Shown in pieces: positions 28,494 through 39,090 of a stretch of DNA of 64,000 bases (the first letter of the stretch is position 1; each line of letters starts with the position of its first letter). The stretch is taken from NCBI GenBank assembly GCA_963666835.2, contig CAXXGO010000001.1:1504001-1568000 (forward strand), in the 5' to 3' direction. This stretch comes from Phycisphaerae bacterium. Lineage in GTDB: Bacteria > Planctomycetota > Phycisphaerae > UBA1845. Under the pieces are notes generated by a model that ran no database searches, was not told the DNA's origin, and was given only the letters and a program-made list of their open reading frames with translations. Both the position numbers and the translations under genes were made by a program.

Positions 28494-28780
28494 TAGGGTA
28501 GGACGGTAGACCAGGTGATTCACCTGCCTTTACCGCAATCTTCATGCGGTCACAATGCCGGGTGCCGGGTGCCATGGCCCACGCTTGCGTGGCCATGCGG
28601 TTTGGTAGACCAGGTCTCGTTCCTCGACCGTGCCCTACCTGACTATCAAGAGGCTCAAACCAGGTGATTCACCTGCCTTCACCGCAATCTTCATGCGGTC
28701 ACAATGCCCACGTCAACACAAATGGTAAAGGCAGGTCGACGACCTGGTCTACGAAGCTGCTCAAGAGCAGTGGCACACCC
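28494..28780. repeat. Cluster of REP-like palindromes including a 50-bp direct repeat
   Basis: 28510-28559 repeated at 28659-28708 (1 mismatch); GTAG-ended palindromes; 28611-28638 matches the 61.8-62.1 kb unit core at 26/28; GCTCAAGAGCAGT(G/T)GCACACCC also occurs near 53134. Confidence 0.8.
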
Positions 28781-28843
28781 GAAACCCCGTTGTGACGTTG
28801 CCGGGGTCTGGCCTGGACACCGGACAGGCCGTAGTCTTTCCCG

Positions 28844-29752
28844 ATGGCACGTAGCACGCACACAAGGCGCGTCTGCCGGTATTCGCTCGGGCGGCGGTTG
28901 GGGCAGAGCTTTCGCCCAAGCCGATCACGGTTCGCGACTGTCGCCGCCGCGTTGGTGGCGGTAACCGGCTGTGGCGACATCGGCTTATTCGCCCCGGCGC
29001 CGTTGTTTACGGTGCCGCTGGCGGTTGAAGGTCGGGATGTCGGCGATGCGGTGATCGACACGGGCGGGGCGTACGAAGTTCTGCTCCGCGACGATTTCGG
29101 GCTGGCGATCGTTGACGAGGTTGAGGTGCTCGTGTTCGGCGGGACCGAGTCGGTCGGCCTGACGGAGGCCTTCGCCTATACGGTGGGGGGCGTTCGTTCC
29201 ACGGCCGATGGGGCGATTGTGGGGATCTCCACCTGCGACTGCAACGGCTTGGGCGTCGAGTTCTTCCGCAAGAGCGACATTGTGTTGGGGATCGGATTCT
29301 CGGAGTGGGGGGCGGCGTTTCTTTCCAGCGTGCCCGGCGGTGGGGGGGCTACGTTCGGATTCGCGGCCCCGCCGGCGCGGTTCGCGGATTTCGATAGTGT
29401 CTTCTTGGACGTCGACGTTGAGGTGCAGGGCGTGTCGCGCCGGATGACCGGCTTGCTCGATACGGGAGCGGCGATGACCGTCATGCGGGCGGAACTTGCG
29501 GGCGAGCTGGGGCTGATATGGCAGAACTCCGTGCCGGCTCAGGTAACGAACGAGCACCTCGGCACCGCCAACATCCGGGTAGGGCTCTTCGAGACGGCCG
29601 ACCTGCCCGACATGATCCTGGGGACCGACATCATGCAAGCCTGGGGCGACCGCTGGTACTTCCAGTTCTCGCAAGTCGGCGGCACCGTCACCGTGTTTGA
29701 GGAACCGGGCAGTCTCATCCCTGACACGCCGGTGTCAGTAGCTGCGTACTAG
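28844..29752 (+). CDS. Retropepsin-like aspartyl protease, two-domain, probable lipoprotein
   Basis: AVIDTGG...GLG and GLLDTGA...ILGTD; lipobox AVTG|C; true start uncertain. Confidence 0.75.
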   Translation: MARSTHTRRVCRYSLGRRLGQSFRPSRSRFATVAAALVAVTGCGDIGLFAPAPLFTVPLAVEGRDVGDAVIDTGGAYEVLLRDDFGLAIVDEVEVLVFGGTESVGLTEAFAYTVGGVRSTADGAIVGISTCDCNGLGVEFFRKSDIVLGIGFSEWGAAFLSSVPGGGGATFGFAAPPARFADFDSVFLDVDVEVQGVSRRMTGLLDTGAAMTVMRAELAGELGLIWQNSVPAQVTNEHLGTANIRVGLFETADLPDMILGTDIMQAWGDRWYFQFSQVGGTVTVFEEPGSLIPDTPVSVAAY

Positions 29753-29832
29753 GAGGGGGGGCCCCGGTGAGGCAATGGTGCATCCGGCAGTGCCGCGGAG
29801 CGTAGCGGCTACTCTCGGCGGGCGGTCGAGGA

Positions 29833-32055
29833 TCAGCCCTGCCTAAGGTCCTCGATGCTCCGTAACAGAATCTCCTTCGTTTGCCCGGGTGGCAGGCCAG
29901 GAAGCAACTCTCGCAGTTCCTTCAGTTGCGCCTCTCTTTTCGGTAGGTCGTTCTTCTCCTTGGCGCGGGCGTACAAGTCGGCCATCAGCAGTGCGAAGAA
30001 CTCCTGAACGTCATTGTTCTCCGGATTGTTCTCTTTGAGCGTCTTGAGTTCCTTGATAAGTTGGACTCCTTGCGGGAGGCCATGTTCCTTCATGACGTGT
30101 GCGATCTTTCGACCTAGGGCGATGGCAAGTCGGTCCTGTACTACGCCGTCTTCCGGATTATCCTCACTGAGTGTTCTGAGTTCACCGATTAGATGATCTC
30201 TACGCGCGAGATCATTCTTATCTTCGGCGCTGACGCACGCGTTGAACAGGCCTTTGGCCAGGCATTCCCGTACGGTGTTGTTCTCGATGTTGTTAGCTGC
30301 GAGTGTTCTCAGTTGAGCAATCAGTTGATCTCCCTGACCGAGGTTGTTCTCCTCTTTGATGAAGAGGCCCATGTTGACCAGGCTCATGGCGAGGCATTCC
30401 TGTACGGTGTTGTTTGCCGGGTAGTGTCTTGCGAGCTTTCTGAGCCCGTCGAACAGTTGATCTACTTGCTCGACGCAGTTTCCTCGTATCGAATCGGCGT
30501 TAAGATTGTACAGGCCCATGGCCACCATCTCCGCCACGCCAGGTGTCGTTGCGGCCAAACCGGCCGACGCTCTTAGGTACGGACACGCTGAGGATGTCTT
30601 GCTTCCGATTTCGGACGGTCGTAGCAGGCTTGCGGCGGCGACGCACAGCCCGGCGTATGGCGCCGTCAAGACCTGGTCGGGCGCAATCAGCCCGAGTTGC
30701 CGCAGTGCTTCGGCGTACGGGACTACTCTTGGTTCAGCGGTGCTAACTTGGGATGCTAGCTCGACGGCGAGCGACTCGGCTTCCTCTCTGGCGAAGGGGC
30801 GGTATCGCTCATCGGTGAAGATGAGGCTGCGCGCGGCATCGTACCGCGTCTTGTGACCGTAGGTCGGTACGCGGGGGGCACGCGCATCTTCCTCCAATAG
30901 GCCGCTTGATTGCAGGTCGGCCAGCGGCGACTCGGCCATGCCGTTGAGGAGAATCGAGCTGAGTGGCCCGAAGTCCTCCTCGGTTTGGAACTCGGGCAGC
31001 AAGGCCAGGCGGATGGCGTACCGCAGAGCGGGCTCGGCAGTCTTCTTCAAGTCACCGAGTCGCGCAGCCAGCTCGGGGTATCGGTGCGCGTGGGCGTCCC
31101 GGGCGATGCCGGCGAGGTCCTCTTTGCTCGCGGGGGTTTGGTCGGGTAAGCCCTGCGAGGCGACCCATCGGTCGATGACGCCGGCGTGGCCGCCGATTAG
31201 CTCCAGAAGTCGATCATTTGGAATGCCCACCGTTGCGGGCACCCTATCGTTGAGGAACTGGGCGAGCGCGTCGATCTCGTCCAAATCGCCGGTGAGGTGC
31301 AGGCCCGGCAAGTCCCAGACGGTGGCTGCCATCGAGGCAGCGGCCAGTCGCTTGGCGCTAAGGAGGGCCTCAGACTCCTTCTCGTTGGCGTCGGGCTTGC
31401 GTGCGGCCAGGAGAATGTGGCAATGGGGCCACTGGTCCAGTCGGCTGAGGAATCGCTCCAAGGTGCCGGCTTCGACCTGCGTCCCACCGCTTTGTTCGAA
31501 GGCGTCGAGGATCAGTACAAAACGCTTGTCCTCACCCGATAGATGGTCCAATAGCCACATAAGATCATGGGCCTGGTCGTAATCGAGGACGGGGAGGTTG
31601 ATACCGCCGGAGAGTAGATCGCGGTTGACCGTGTGGAGACCGTTGAAAAAGCCGCGGACGAGATCACCCATGCCTGCGGCGCCGGTCTGGCCTTCAAGGA
31701 TCTTGCCGAGGGCGCCGCCGATCGTCTTGCCGCCTCGGGTGATGAGGGTGTCCTTGTTCTGATTCCAGATGGCCTGGGCCTGTTTCAGGTAGGAGGCGTC
31801 CGACAGCCAGCGCGTATAGAGGTCTTTGAGGCTCCTCAGGAGCAGGTCGGCGTATTGCCCGGTGGACTCGGCGTACCCGACCAGGGTGTTGTCCGTATTG
31901 GCGAGTTCGTCGCGGAGAGTCTCCAGAAGCCAGGTCTTGCCCGATTGTGGGCGGCCGACGATTGTGGTAAGGCCTTTGTTGGCCGCCCGGTTGTGCAGGT
32001 ATTCGAGGTCCGGCTTTCGGCCGAAAAGCGGGCTTTTGGGTTTCTGCTGGGCCAT
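29833..32055 (-). CDS. P-loop NTPase (STAND/AAA_16-like) with C-terminal ~44-aa helical repeats
   Basis: LFGRKPDLEYL, Walker A GRPQSGKT, Walker B VLILDAFEQ, GGHAG; about five repeats of type V.E.LA..L.N...D.L...LR.L....P. Confidence 0.8.
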   Translation of the reverse strand: MAQQKPKSPLFGRKPDLEYLHNRAANKGLTTIVGRPQSGKTWLLETLRDELANTDNTLVGYAESTGQYADLLLRSLKDLYTRWLSDASYLKQAQAIWNQNKDTLITRGGKTIGGALGKILEGQTGAAGMGDLVRGFFNGLHTVNRDLLSGGINLPVLDYDQAHDLMWLLDHLSGEDKRFVLILDAFEQSGGTQVEAGTLERFLSRLDQWPHCHILLAARKPDANEKESEALLSAKRLAAASMAATVWDLPGLHLTGDLDEIDALAQFLNDRVPATVGIPNDRLLELIGGHAGVIDRWVASQGLPDQTPASKEDLAGIARDAHAHRYPELAARLGDLKKTAEPALRYAIRLALLPEFQTEEDFGPLSSILLNGMAESPLADLQSSGLLEEDARAPRVPTYGHKTRYDAARSLIFTDERYRPFAREEAESLAVELASQVSTAEPRVVPYAEALRQLGLIAPDQVLTAPYAGLCVAAASLLRPSEIGSKTSSACPYLRASAGLAATTPGVAEMVAMGLYNLNADSIRGNCVEQVDQLFDGLRKLARHYPANNTVQECLAMSLVNMGLFIKEENNLGQGDQLIAQLRTLAANNIENNTVRECLAKGLFNACVSAEDKNDLARRDHLIGELRTLSEDNPEDGVVQDRLAIALGRKIAHVMKEHGLPQGVQLIKELKTLKENNPENNDVQEFFALLMADLYARAKEKNDLPKREAQLKELRELLPGLPPGQTKEILLRSIEDLRQG

Positions 32056-32301
32056 GACGCGTCTCGTTCCACCCTGCGAATAACCCAAGTAGACAAAGAT
32101 CGCCCTGCAAGGTCAAGAGAGAATCCACTTCCGTGAGCGGCTGTGCGGCTGCAATTGTACAAAGCCCTCCCCTGTCGATTCGCGCGTGGGGAGTTGGGAG
32201 TGTGTGTTCCTCTACCCTGCCAAAGCAGGCGGTTGGTGGCGCGTATGCCCACGGAGGACGCAATGTGGGGCAGCCATTCTAACTGCCTGCTACCGCCCGT
32301 C

Positions 32302-33948
32302 CTACAGCCGTTTCGGGCCGGCGGCTAGGACTTCATCCGGGCAGCCGGCGGCGAAGAGTTTGAAGTTCTCGATGTAGCGAGCCGCGAGGGCGTCGTATTT
32401 CTTCCAGTAGTCGTCTTTGCTTCCCCAGGTGTTCTCGGGGACGAGGACGCCTTCCGGGACGCCGGGGCACGATACCGGTACGTCGAAGTCGAAGAGCTTA
32501 TCCTTGCGGTACTCGACGTTCTGAAGAGTTCCGTCCAAAGCGGCGTTCAGCAACGCCCGCGTATGGTGGATGCTGATCCGCTTGCCGATGCCGAACTTGC
32601 CCCCGGTCCAGCCGGTGTTTACCAGCCAGCACTGGGCGCCGTGCTTGGCCATCTTGTCCTTGAGCATGTTGGCGTACTTGAACGGATGATGCACCATGAA
32701 CGGTGCCCCGAAGCAGGCACTAAACGTGATTTCCGGCTCGATTCCCAAGCCGACCTCGGTACCGGCCACCTTCGAGGTATACCCGCTAATAAAATGGTAC
32801 ATCGACTGTTCGGGGTTCAAGCGGGCGATCGGCGGGAGCACTCCCTGGGCGTCGCATGTCAGGAAGATGACATTTTTCGGGTGCGATCGGACCGCTCCTC
32901 CCGGTACGACATTCGGGATGAACTCCGCCGGGTACGACGCCCGCGTGTTCTCCGTCAGCATGTCATCGTCCAGGTCGATCCGCCGCGAAGTCGGATCGTA
33001 GACGACGTTCTCCAGAATCGTACCGAAGCTCCGCGTACACTTGTAGATCTGCGGTTCGTGTTCGGCGGAAAGCCGAATCACCTTGGCGTAGCAACCTCCC
33101 TCGAAGTTGAACACGCCCTCATCGCTCCAGCCGTGCTCGTCGTCGCCGATGAGCGCCCGGTTGGGATCGGCCGAAAGCGTCGTCTTGCCCGTGCCGCTGA
33201 GGCCGAAGAACAACGCGGCGTCGCCGCCTTTGCCCACGTTCGCCGAGCAGTGCATGGCCAGCACGCCCTTGCGCGGGAGCAAGAAGTTCATGATCGTGAA
33301 GATCGTCTTTTTGATCTCGCCCCCGTAGCTGGACCCGGCAACGATCGCCAGACGCTCGGCGAAGCTGATCAGCATGGCCGTGCCGGATCGCGTGCTGTCA
33401 ACGCGCGGGTCGGCCTTGAAGCTCGGCGAGGCGATCATCGTGAATTCCGGAACGTGTCTCTTCAGTTCGTCCTGGTTGTTGATGTTGATGAACATGTTGC
33501 GGGCGAACATGCTCTGCCATGCGAGGTCCGTGATGATGCGAATCGGCATCCGGTAGTCCGGATCGGCCCCGACGTAGCAGTCCTGAACGAACAACTCTTC
33601 GCCCTGCAGGTAGGCCTGCAGCCGCCCGCGCAGGGTATTGAACTTATCTTCGGTTATCGGGCGGTTGTACTCGCCCCAGGAGATCTCCTTTTCCGTTGTA
33701 TGCTCGCGCACGATGAATTTGTCCGCGGCGGCCCGCGCGGTGTGTTTTCCGGTATGGACCACGAACGGCCCGCCGTGTACGACGTGCCCTTCACCGCGGA
33801 AGACCGCCTCTTCGTACAGCGCGGACGTGGGGAGGTTCCAGAACACGCGGTCCAGGTGCGTCAGGCCGTGGTTTTCCAGCTTGAAATCGCTGGCCAGTTC
33901 ACCCGCATGCTTGACTGCCGGCGTATCGAATTCGAGGTACTTCGGCAT
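32302..33948 (-). CDS. pckA: Phosphoenolpyruvate carboxykinase (ATP)
   Basis: YGGEIKK, MHCSAN, FFGLSGTGKTTLSAD, LIGDDEHGW, FNFEGGCYAK; ATG at 33948 with AAGGAA RBS. Confidence 0.97.
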   Translation of the reverse strand: MPKYLEFDTPAVKHAGELASDFKLENHGLTHLDRVFWNLPTSALYEEAVFRGEGHVVHGGPFVVHTGKHTARAAADKFIVREHTTEKEISWGEYNRPITEDKFNTLRGRLQAYLQGEELFVQDCYVGADPDYRMPIRIITDLAWQSMFARNMFININNQDELKRHVPEFTMIASPSFKADPRVDSTRSGTAMLISFAERLAIVAGSSYGGEIKKTIFTIMNFLLPRKGVLAMHCSANVGKGGDAALFFGLSGTGKTTLSADPNRALIGDDEHGWSDEGVFNFEGGCYAKVIRLSAEHEPQIYKCTRSFGTILENVVYDPTSRRIDLDDDMLTENTRASYPAEFIPNVVPGGAVRSHPKNVIFLTCDAQGVLPPIARLNPEQSMYHFISGYTSKVAGTEVGLGIEPEITFSACFGAPFMVHHPFKYANMLKDKMAKHGAQCWLVNTGWTGGKFGIGKRISIHHTRALLNAALDGTLQNVEYRKDKLFDFDVPVSCPGVPEGVLVPENTWGSKDDYWKKYDALAARYIENFKLFAAGCPDEVLAAGPKRL

Positions 33949-34069
33949 GGTCGATTCCTTGTGGCTTCTGAGCTGCCCGGCGGCAGCGATCAACTCTCGG
34001 CAACGACGCAGGCCACCACGTCGAATGCCCCGTCGGCCGCTCAGCTTCCGCGGGCGGCCGACAATGCCT

Positions 34070-35287
34070 CTACATCCAGTCCCTGACGAGTTTTCGCTCG
34101 CCAATATACAGTTCGTTGGGCGAATTCGGATCGAGAGCCCATTTCATCCGTTCGACGCCGACGGTGATGTCCTTGATGGCACCGCACGTGGACAACCGCA
34201 GATAGCCTTCCATCCCGAAATCCACGCCTGGAACGGTCGCTACGAGGACTTTCTCCAGAAGGAACTCCGCCAGTTTCTGGGAGTTCTTCTCGTAGACACT
34301 GAAGTCCACGAAGCAGTAGAACGAGCCGTCGGGCGGAGTGGCCCGCAGCCCGTCGAATGCGTTCAGTTGCTCCATCATTACGTTACGGTTGTTCTCAAGG
34401 GTGACGCGCAGATTGTCTACGCCCGACTGCACCCCGTTTATCGCGGCAACTGCAGCCCGCTGCAGCACGACGGACGGCCCGGAGGTCTGGTGCCCCTGAA
34501 TTGTGGTCATCCGCTCGATGAGTTTCTTGTTCGCCACCGCCCAGCCGATCCGGAACCCGGTCATGGCGTACTGCTTGGACACGCCGTTGATGACCACCAA
34601 CTTGGAGTTCTCACCTTGTTCTTTAGCGAAGTCGTAGCAGTTGATCGGCCGGCGACCGTCGAAGATGAGCCGGTGGTAGATGTCGTCCATAATCAGATAG
34701 ATCCCGCGTTTCTCGCAGAACTGGACGATATCGGCGATGAATTCCTTGGAGTACACCGCCCCGGAGGGGTTGTTCGGGCTATTGATGATGACGGCTTTGG
34801 TGTAGGACGTCACACGTTCTTCGAGGTCGGCAAGCCGGGGGTAGAACGACCCGTCCTCGGAGGCCACCGGGACCGGGACCGCCCCGCACAGCTTGACCAT
34901 CTCCGGGTAGCTGACCCAATATGGGGCGGGGAAGATGACCTCTTCTTGCGGGTTGAGGATGGCCTGGAGACAGACCATTAGCGCCTGCTTCGCCCCGCCG
35001 GAAGCCAGGACGTTCTCCGGCTCGACCTTGCGGTTGTAGAAATCGTCCGTGTAGCGAATAACCGCTTGCTTGAGGGCGGGGATCCCATCGGCGGGCGTGT
35101 ATCGAACTTCGCCCGAGTTGAGCAACCCGGCGGCGGCGATGAGCGCATCAACCGGCGCCATGCTCTTCGGCTCTCCACCGCCGAGGTGAATGACCTTCTC
35201 ACCCTTGTCCCGAAGGATGCCCACTTTCTCGTTGATCTTGAGGGTTGCCGACTCCCGGAGTCCCTTGGCAATCAAGCTTATGCTCAT
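34070..35287 (-). CDS. PLP-dependent class I/II (aspartate-type) aminotransferase
   Basis: GGGEP, YTPADGIPALK, PYWVSY, NSPNNPSG, DDIY, SKQYAMTGFRIG. Confidence 0.93.
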   Translation of the reverse strand: MSISLIAKGLRESATLKINEKVGILRDKGEKVIHLGGGEPKSMAPVDALIAAAGLLNSGEVRYTPADGIPALKQAVIRYTDDFYNRKVEPENVLASGGAKQALMVCLQAILNPQEEVIFPAPYWVSYPEMVKLCGAVPVPVASEDGSFYPRLADLEERVTSYTKAVIINSPNNPSGAVYSKEFIADIVQFCEKRGIYLIMDDIYHRLIFDGRRPINCYDFAKEQGENSKLVVINGVSKQYAMTGFRIGWAVANKKLIERMTTIQGHQTSGPSVVLQRAAVAAINGVQSGVDNLRVTLENNRNVMMEQLNAFDGLRATPPDGSFYCFVDFSVYEKNSQKLAEFLLEKVLVATVPGVDFGMEGYLRLSTCGAIKDITVGVERMKWALDPNSPNELYIGERKLVRDWM

Positions 35288-35633
35288 CGCTTTTCCCTTG
35301 ACATTCGCGTCCCCGTCGGCCTTCGCCGGAGTGCCCGACCCCGACGGATTCTGCCGCCGACCGAAGACGGCACCCACTTAAGAGAAACGGCAACATATAG
35401 GGATGTATGCCCGGCATGTCAAGGTCTGACCACAGTCGGAAAACGCAGTTGCGGCGGGCGGCTATCCCGCTCTAATCCCCGCCGCATCCGGCCGGCGAGG
35501 GGGAAGGAGCCCGCTGAAAACGGGGCGGTCTCGGGCCGATTCCTCTTCGCCGCACCAGGGGGCTTAAGCGCGGGGGCTGGTCTCGTCTTTAGCTCGGACT
35601 ATTCGTAAAGCTCGCGCAAGTGCGCCCAACTTA

Positions 35634-35710
35634 CTGTAGCCTCACCCCTGTGGGTGACGCCACTGGAACACAGCGCGCTTCCGCGCCGGGGACAAGCCCC
35701 GACGCTACAG
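35634..35710. repeat. Inverted pair of GTAG-type REP elements
   Basis: CTGTAGCCTCACCCCTGTGGGTGACGC...GCGCCGGGGACAAGCCCCGACGCTACAG. Confidence 0.65.
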
Positions 35711-35915
35711 TGGTTCACGGCCTCTTTTACGTTCGGGTGATCCAGGTTAGAGGAATGACCTGCCACCGCGTCACGCATTTCAAGCGATTGTCGCGGTGTC
35801 TGCCGTCCCTCGACAATACGTCAATGATGACATATTTATGTCACTGAAGGGGCGTCTCGCGCAAAGATACCATCGTGCGCCCCCGGCTCCCACGCGACAT
35901 GAGTTTCCCACTTCC

Positions 35916-38615
35916 TTACGGGCAAGACCCCGGGTCCGAGAACGGGTATGGCTCGCCTCTGAAGGCGTCAACCAGAAGTTGGATGTCCGTGAAGTTGATC
36001 ACGAGATCGACCTCCTCCCCGGCCACGTCCGCCCACGTCCAGGGCGGGGCACCCTCGAGACCGGAGAACGCTTGGAGCGCCGCCTGAATGTCGTTCAGGT
36101 TGACGATCCCGTCCGGGCCGGTCCAGTAGACGTAGACCTTCTCGCCGACGATGTCGCCCCACTCTTTCGGTAGCGGTGCGGAAAGCGTAGCCACCTCGAC
36201 GGGAGACGAGAAGATCGTGCCGTTGCCGGTTGCGCGAATCTCGTAGTGTGCCGCCGGTACGATCTCGCAGTCGCCGAGATAAACCTCCGATTCGGTCCAG
36301 ATTCGATACGTCGGAGTGTCGACAATCCGGGAGACGAATTCACCCGAGCACTCTCCCGGGCAGCCGCGCTCCACCGGTTCACCGAGCCAGCCGACGATGC
36401 CGGGCGTCCCGGGTCCTTCGGTCATTTCAACCTGAAAAGCAACGTTGACGTCCTGGGTCCCGGTACCGATGGCTACGTAGCGGTTGGTGCCGGTGAACTC
36501 AGTCAGCTCCGGGGCGCTTACCTCGCATTCATCCGGTAAGCCGTTGCCGTTCACGTCAAGCGAGGTTCCGCCGGCAATGTCGTCGGCGTCCAGAATGCCG
36601 TTCCCGTTGCAGTCGCCAACGCGCAACAACGCGATCTGGGTTCCCCATTTGTTCACGCTGTGCCCGTATTCCTGGATGGTCCAGAAGTCGCTTTCGTTAT
36701 CGGGGTCCAGCGAGGTGTAGCTGTAGTCTCCCCAGCGGTTGCGTCCGTAGCTGTCGATGTTGTTCTGCGGACCGGTTCCGGCGCGATATTGCACCGGAGC
36801 GGCCATTTCGCCGAGCGAGTCACTTGCCCGGCGTCCGGTGAAATAAGCGCCGGCATATTGCGACGAGCTGGATCCGGTGAAGCCCATGGCCACGTCGCCG
36901 TGGGTGTTGACCATGATGGAGGGGAAGAAGTAGTGCAAAGAGCCGCTGCTGACCGTTCCGCTTTGAATCAGGGTTACTGAGACGGGGTCGATCTCGTACC
37001 AGCGACACGCGGCCCGCCCGCCGTAGTTGATGGTATGGCAGGTCCAGAGTGAACCGTCGCGATACACCGCGTTCATCAATCGGTCGCCGACGGTGTCCAG
37101 GTTTGTGCTGCTACCCAACGCCGGGGCGTCCGGGGGAGAACCAAACGATGGGACACTGACGTTTCCCACGTCCGTAATCGTCGCGGGATTCGTCGAGGCG
37201 TCTATTCTCCGGATGCGCAGCGAGGTCGAAGACCGGGTGGACACCACGTACTCTCCGGCGGGAGTGCCGAAGGTCTGGGCCGGTTGCAGTGCCCCGTCGT
37301 GCGGGAGGTTTCTAAAAGCCGTAACCGTGCCAAGGTACGGCGATGCACCGATCAGGGGATCCTTGTCGATCGCGAAGAGCGTCATTAGGTAGCTGCCCCC
37401 GACCATGTAGGCCCCGACGTAGATTCCGTGGGCGTCGACCCCGAGGGTGGGGTAGTCCGGCCACTTGCCCGTTTCGGCAATGAACGAGCTTTTGTACCAG
37501 CTTCCCGTGGGGTCGTCCGTTAACGAGACTGCTATGTAGATCCGCTCGGTGAAGTCCGAGACGATTACGATCCACCGGCCACTGTGCTGGTCGAATAAAA
37601 CTCGCGGATCGCCGTTAGAGCCCGGAAGGAACGAACCCAAGTACATGCTGGTAATCAACGCGCCAGTGGTCTTGTTGTAAACGGCGAACACGCGGTTGAT
37701 TGTCTCGACGAAGTGGTTCGGGCCGATCGCCCCATGCGTGTCGGGCGGATAACTGGAAGAGCCGCTGTCCCCGCGCTTTACCCCTTCGAAATCCCTTACG
37801 AGGGTGGGTGCGGTGCCTCCGTCCTGCAACGCCATCGCCACCCCACCGGTAGTTGCCTGGGGTCTCTCCGGTTCAGTGCCCGGCGGTAACTTAGGGGCGT
37901 GAATCGCCTGCTCCGGGCCAAAGTCGCCGGTCCCCGTCTCCCAGACCAAACCGTAGTACCGACTCCCGGTGAGCGACGTGCTATAGGTCACGTCCTCGAA
38001 GTCGAGCACGGTGGGCCCTTGCTCCGCTTCAGCGATCCGAGTGAAGGTCAAGTCGTCCAGGGCGTACCAGCCGGCGCCGTCTACGACCGGTTCGGCCTCG
38101 ATCACGATCCGGTTCACACCGCAGAGGTCCATTTCAAACCAAGCGGGCTCCTCTCCTATATTCCTGAACCACTCGGTTTGCTGGGTAGCCTCCCCGTTAA
38201 GGTAACCGGTTACGCGAACGCCTGTCGTCCACGATCCCCGTCCTCCTTGGCCGGCGAAGTACGCTCCGTGGACGTCGACGAGTTCCGGGAACCGAATTCC
38301 CATTTCGGTATCGCCCCATTTGTTCATGGCGTGATGTTCGCCAGATTTCGGCGAGGTGGTCGCCCGGCGGCCTGGAACGATCCAGCTTCCGGCGACGCCG
38401 TTGCGGGTGTGGCGGTCGAGCAGCCATTGTGCGGGGGCGGACGCCTCGCGGGCCAGGGCGTCGTCCAGGGTCTCCGTGACGCCGGTTCCGTACGTCGACT
38501 GGTCCACACGTTCGCCCGAGATTCTCTCCCCAGAGGCGACGGCGAGCGGAGTGGTCGTGCAGATCGCACCCGTAAGAACACCGATAAACGTCAGTATTGC
38601 CTTCTGTTGTTGCAT
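35916..38615 (-). CDS. Large secreted protein: PPD...RWGDYS-type domain, Ca-binding repeats and a dockerin-like C-terminus
   Basis: Signal peptide from ATG 38615; PPDTHGAIGPNHFVETIN, GDPRVLFD, RWGDYS; DCNGNGILD/DVNGNGLPDECE; paired DGIVNLNDI / DLVINFTDI loops. Confidence 0.85.
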   Translation of the reverse strand: MQQQKAILTFIGVLTGAICTTTPLAVASGERISGERVDQSTYGTGVTETLDDALAREASAPAQWLLDRHTRNGVAGSWIVPGRRATTSPKSGEHHAMNKWGDTEMGIRFPELVDVHGAYFAGQGGRGSWTTGVRVTGYLNGEATQQTEWFRNIGEEPAWFEMDLCGVNRIVIEAEPVVDGAGWYALDDLTFTRIAEAEQGPTVLDFEDVTYSTSLTGSRYYGLVWETGTGDFGPEQAIHAPKLPPGTEPERPQATTGGVAMALQDGGTAPTLVRDFEGVKRGDSGSSSYPPDTHGAIGPNHFVETINRVFAVYNKTTGALITSMYLGSFLPGSNGDPRVLFDQHSGRWIVIVSDFTERIYIAVSLTDDPTGSWYKSSFIAETGKWPDYPTLGVDAHGIYVGAYMVGGSYLMTLFAIDKDPLIGASPYLGTVTAFRNLPHDGALQPAQTFGTPAGEYVVSTRSSTSLRIRRIDASTNPATITDVGNVSVPSFGSPPDAPALGSSTNLDTVGDRLMNAVYRDGSLWTCHTINYGGRAACRWYEIDPVSVTLIQSGTVSSGSLHYFFPSIMVNTHGDVAMGFTGSSSSQYAGAYFTGRRASDSLGEMAAPVQYRAGTGPQNNIDSYGRNRWGDYSYTSLDPDNESDFWTIQEYGHSVNKWGTQIALLRVGDCNGNGILDADDIAGGTSLDVNGNGLPDECEVSAPELTEFTGTNRYVAIGTGTQDVNVAFQVEMTEGPGTPGIVGWLGEPVERGCPGECSGEFVSRIVDTPTYRIWTESEVYLGDCEIVPAAHYEIRATGNGTIFSSPVEVATLSAPLPKEWGDIVGEKVYVYWTGPDGIVNLNDIQAALQAFSGLEGAPPWTWADVAGEEVDLVINFTDIQLLVDAFRGEPYPFSDPGSCP

Positions 38616-39090
38616 GACATCCCCTGCTGCGTTTTTGCCTTTTTGAACCGGTCGTCCCTCGCTCCGTTGAGGATTTCGGCCAGACAGACCCATCTAACAA
38701 CATACATGATCGGTTATGGGATTGCCACGGAATTATCCGGCGTGGAAGGTCGCCTTCGCGGGTTTTCCTTAGCGGATCTCGACTGAATTGTAATTGTTAG
38801 TGGTATCTTCGGTATCGCCGGTTTTCTGCGGATGAAGTGTCCATTCTGTTGTGTAACTGTGTCGCGAGGCATGATCGGGCGTTACTTGGTCCTCGGGTTT
38901 GCCAGGCAGCAGGTTATCGGGTAGAATTGGTATTGTGCATCGGGCCAAGTCGGATGGGGTATCAAAGAGGCGCGGAGTACGAAGAGACGGGAGAATCACC
39001 CGGCACGATGTCGGGCGGCTCTTTTATGGGTTGGTCACAGACCAACGGGGCTTAAGTGGCATATCCTGAACGGATTAAAAGGAGTGAATC

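Noticed and set aside
32302..34104. 600-aa PckA and other N-terminally extended ORF-track calls (35377, 38693, 41064, 58325, 26297)
   Set aside because: Downstream starts with an RBS and/or family-typical N-termini fit better, and several of the extensions overlap neighbouring genes
32563..34981. Long + strand ORFs (507 and 447 aa), and similar ones at 48401-49846 and 56049-57482 on the - strand
   Set aside because: They are antisense shadows of well-supported genes, expected in high-GC DNA
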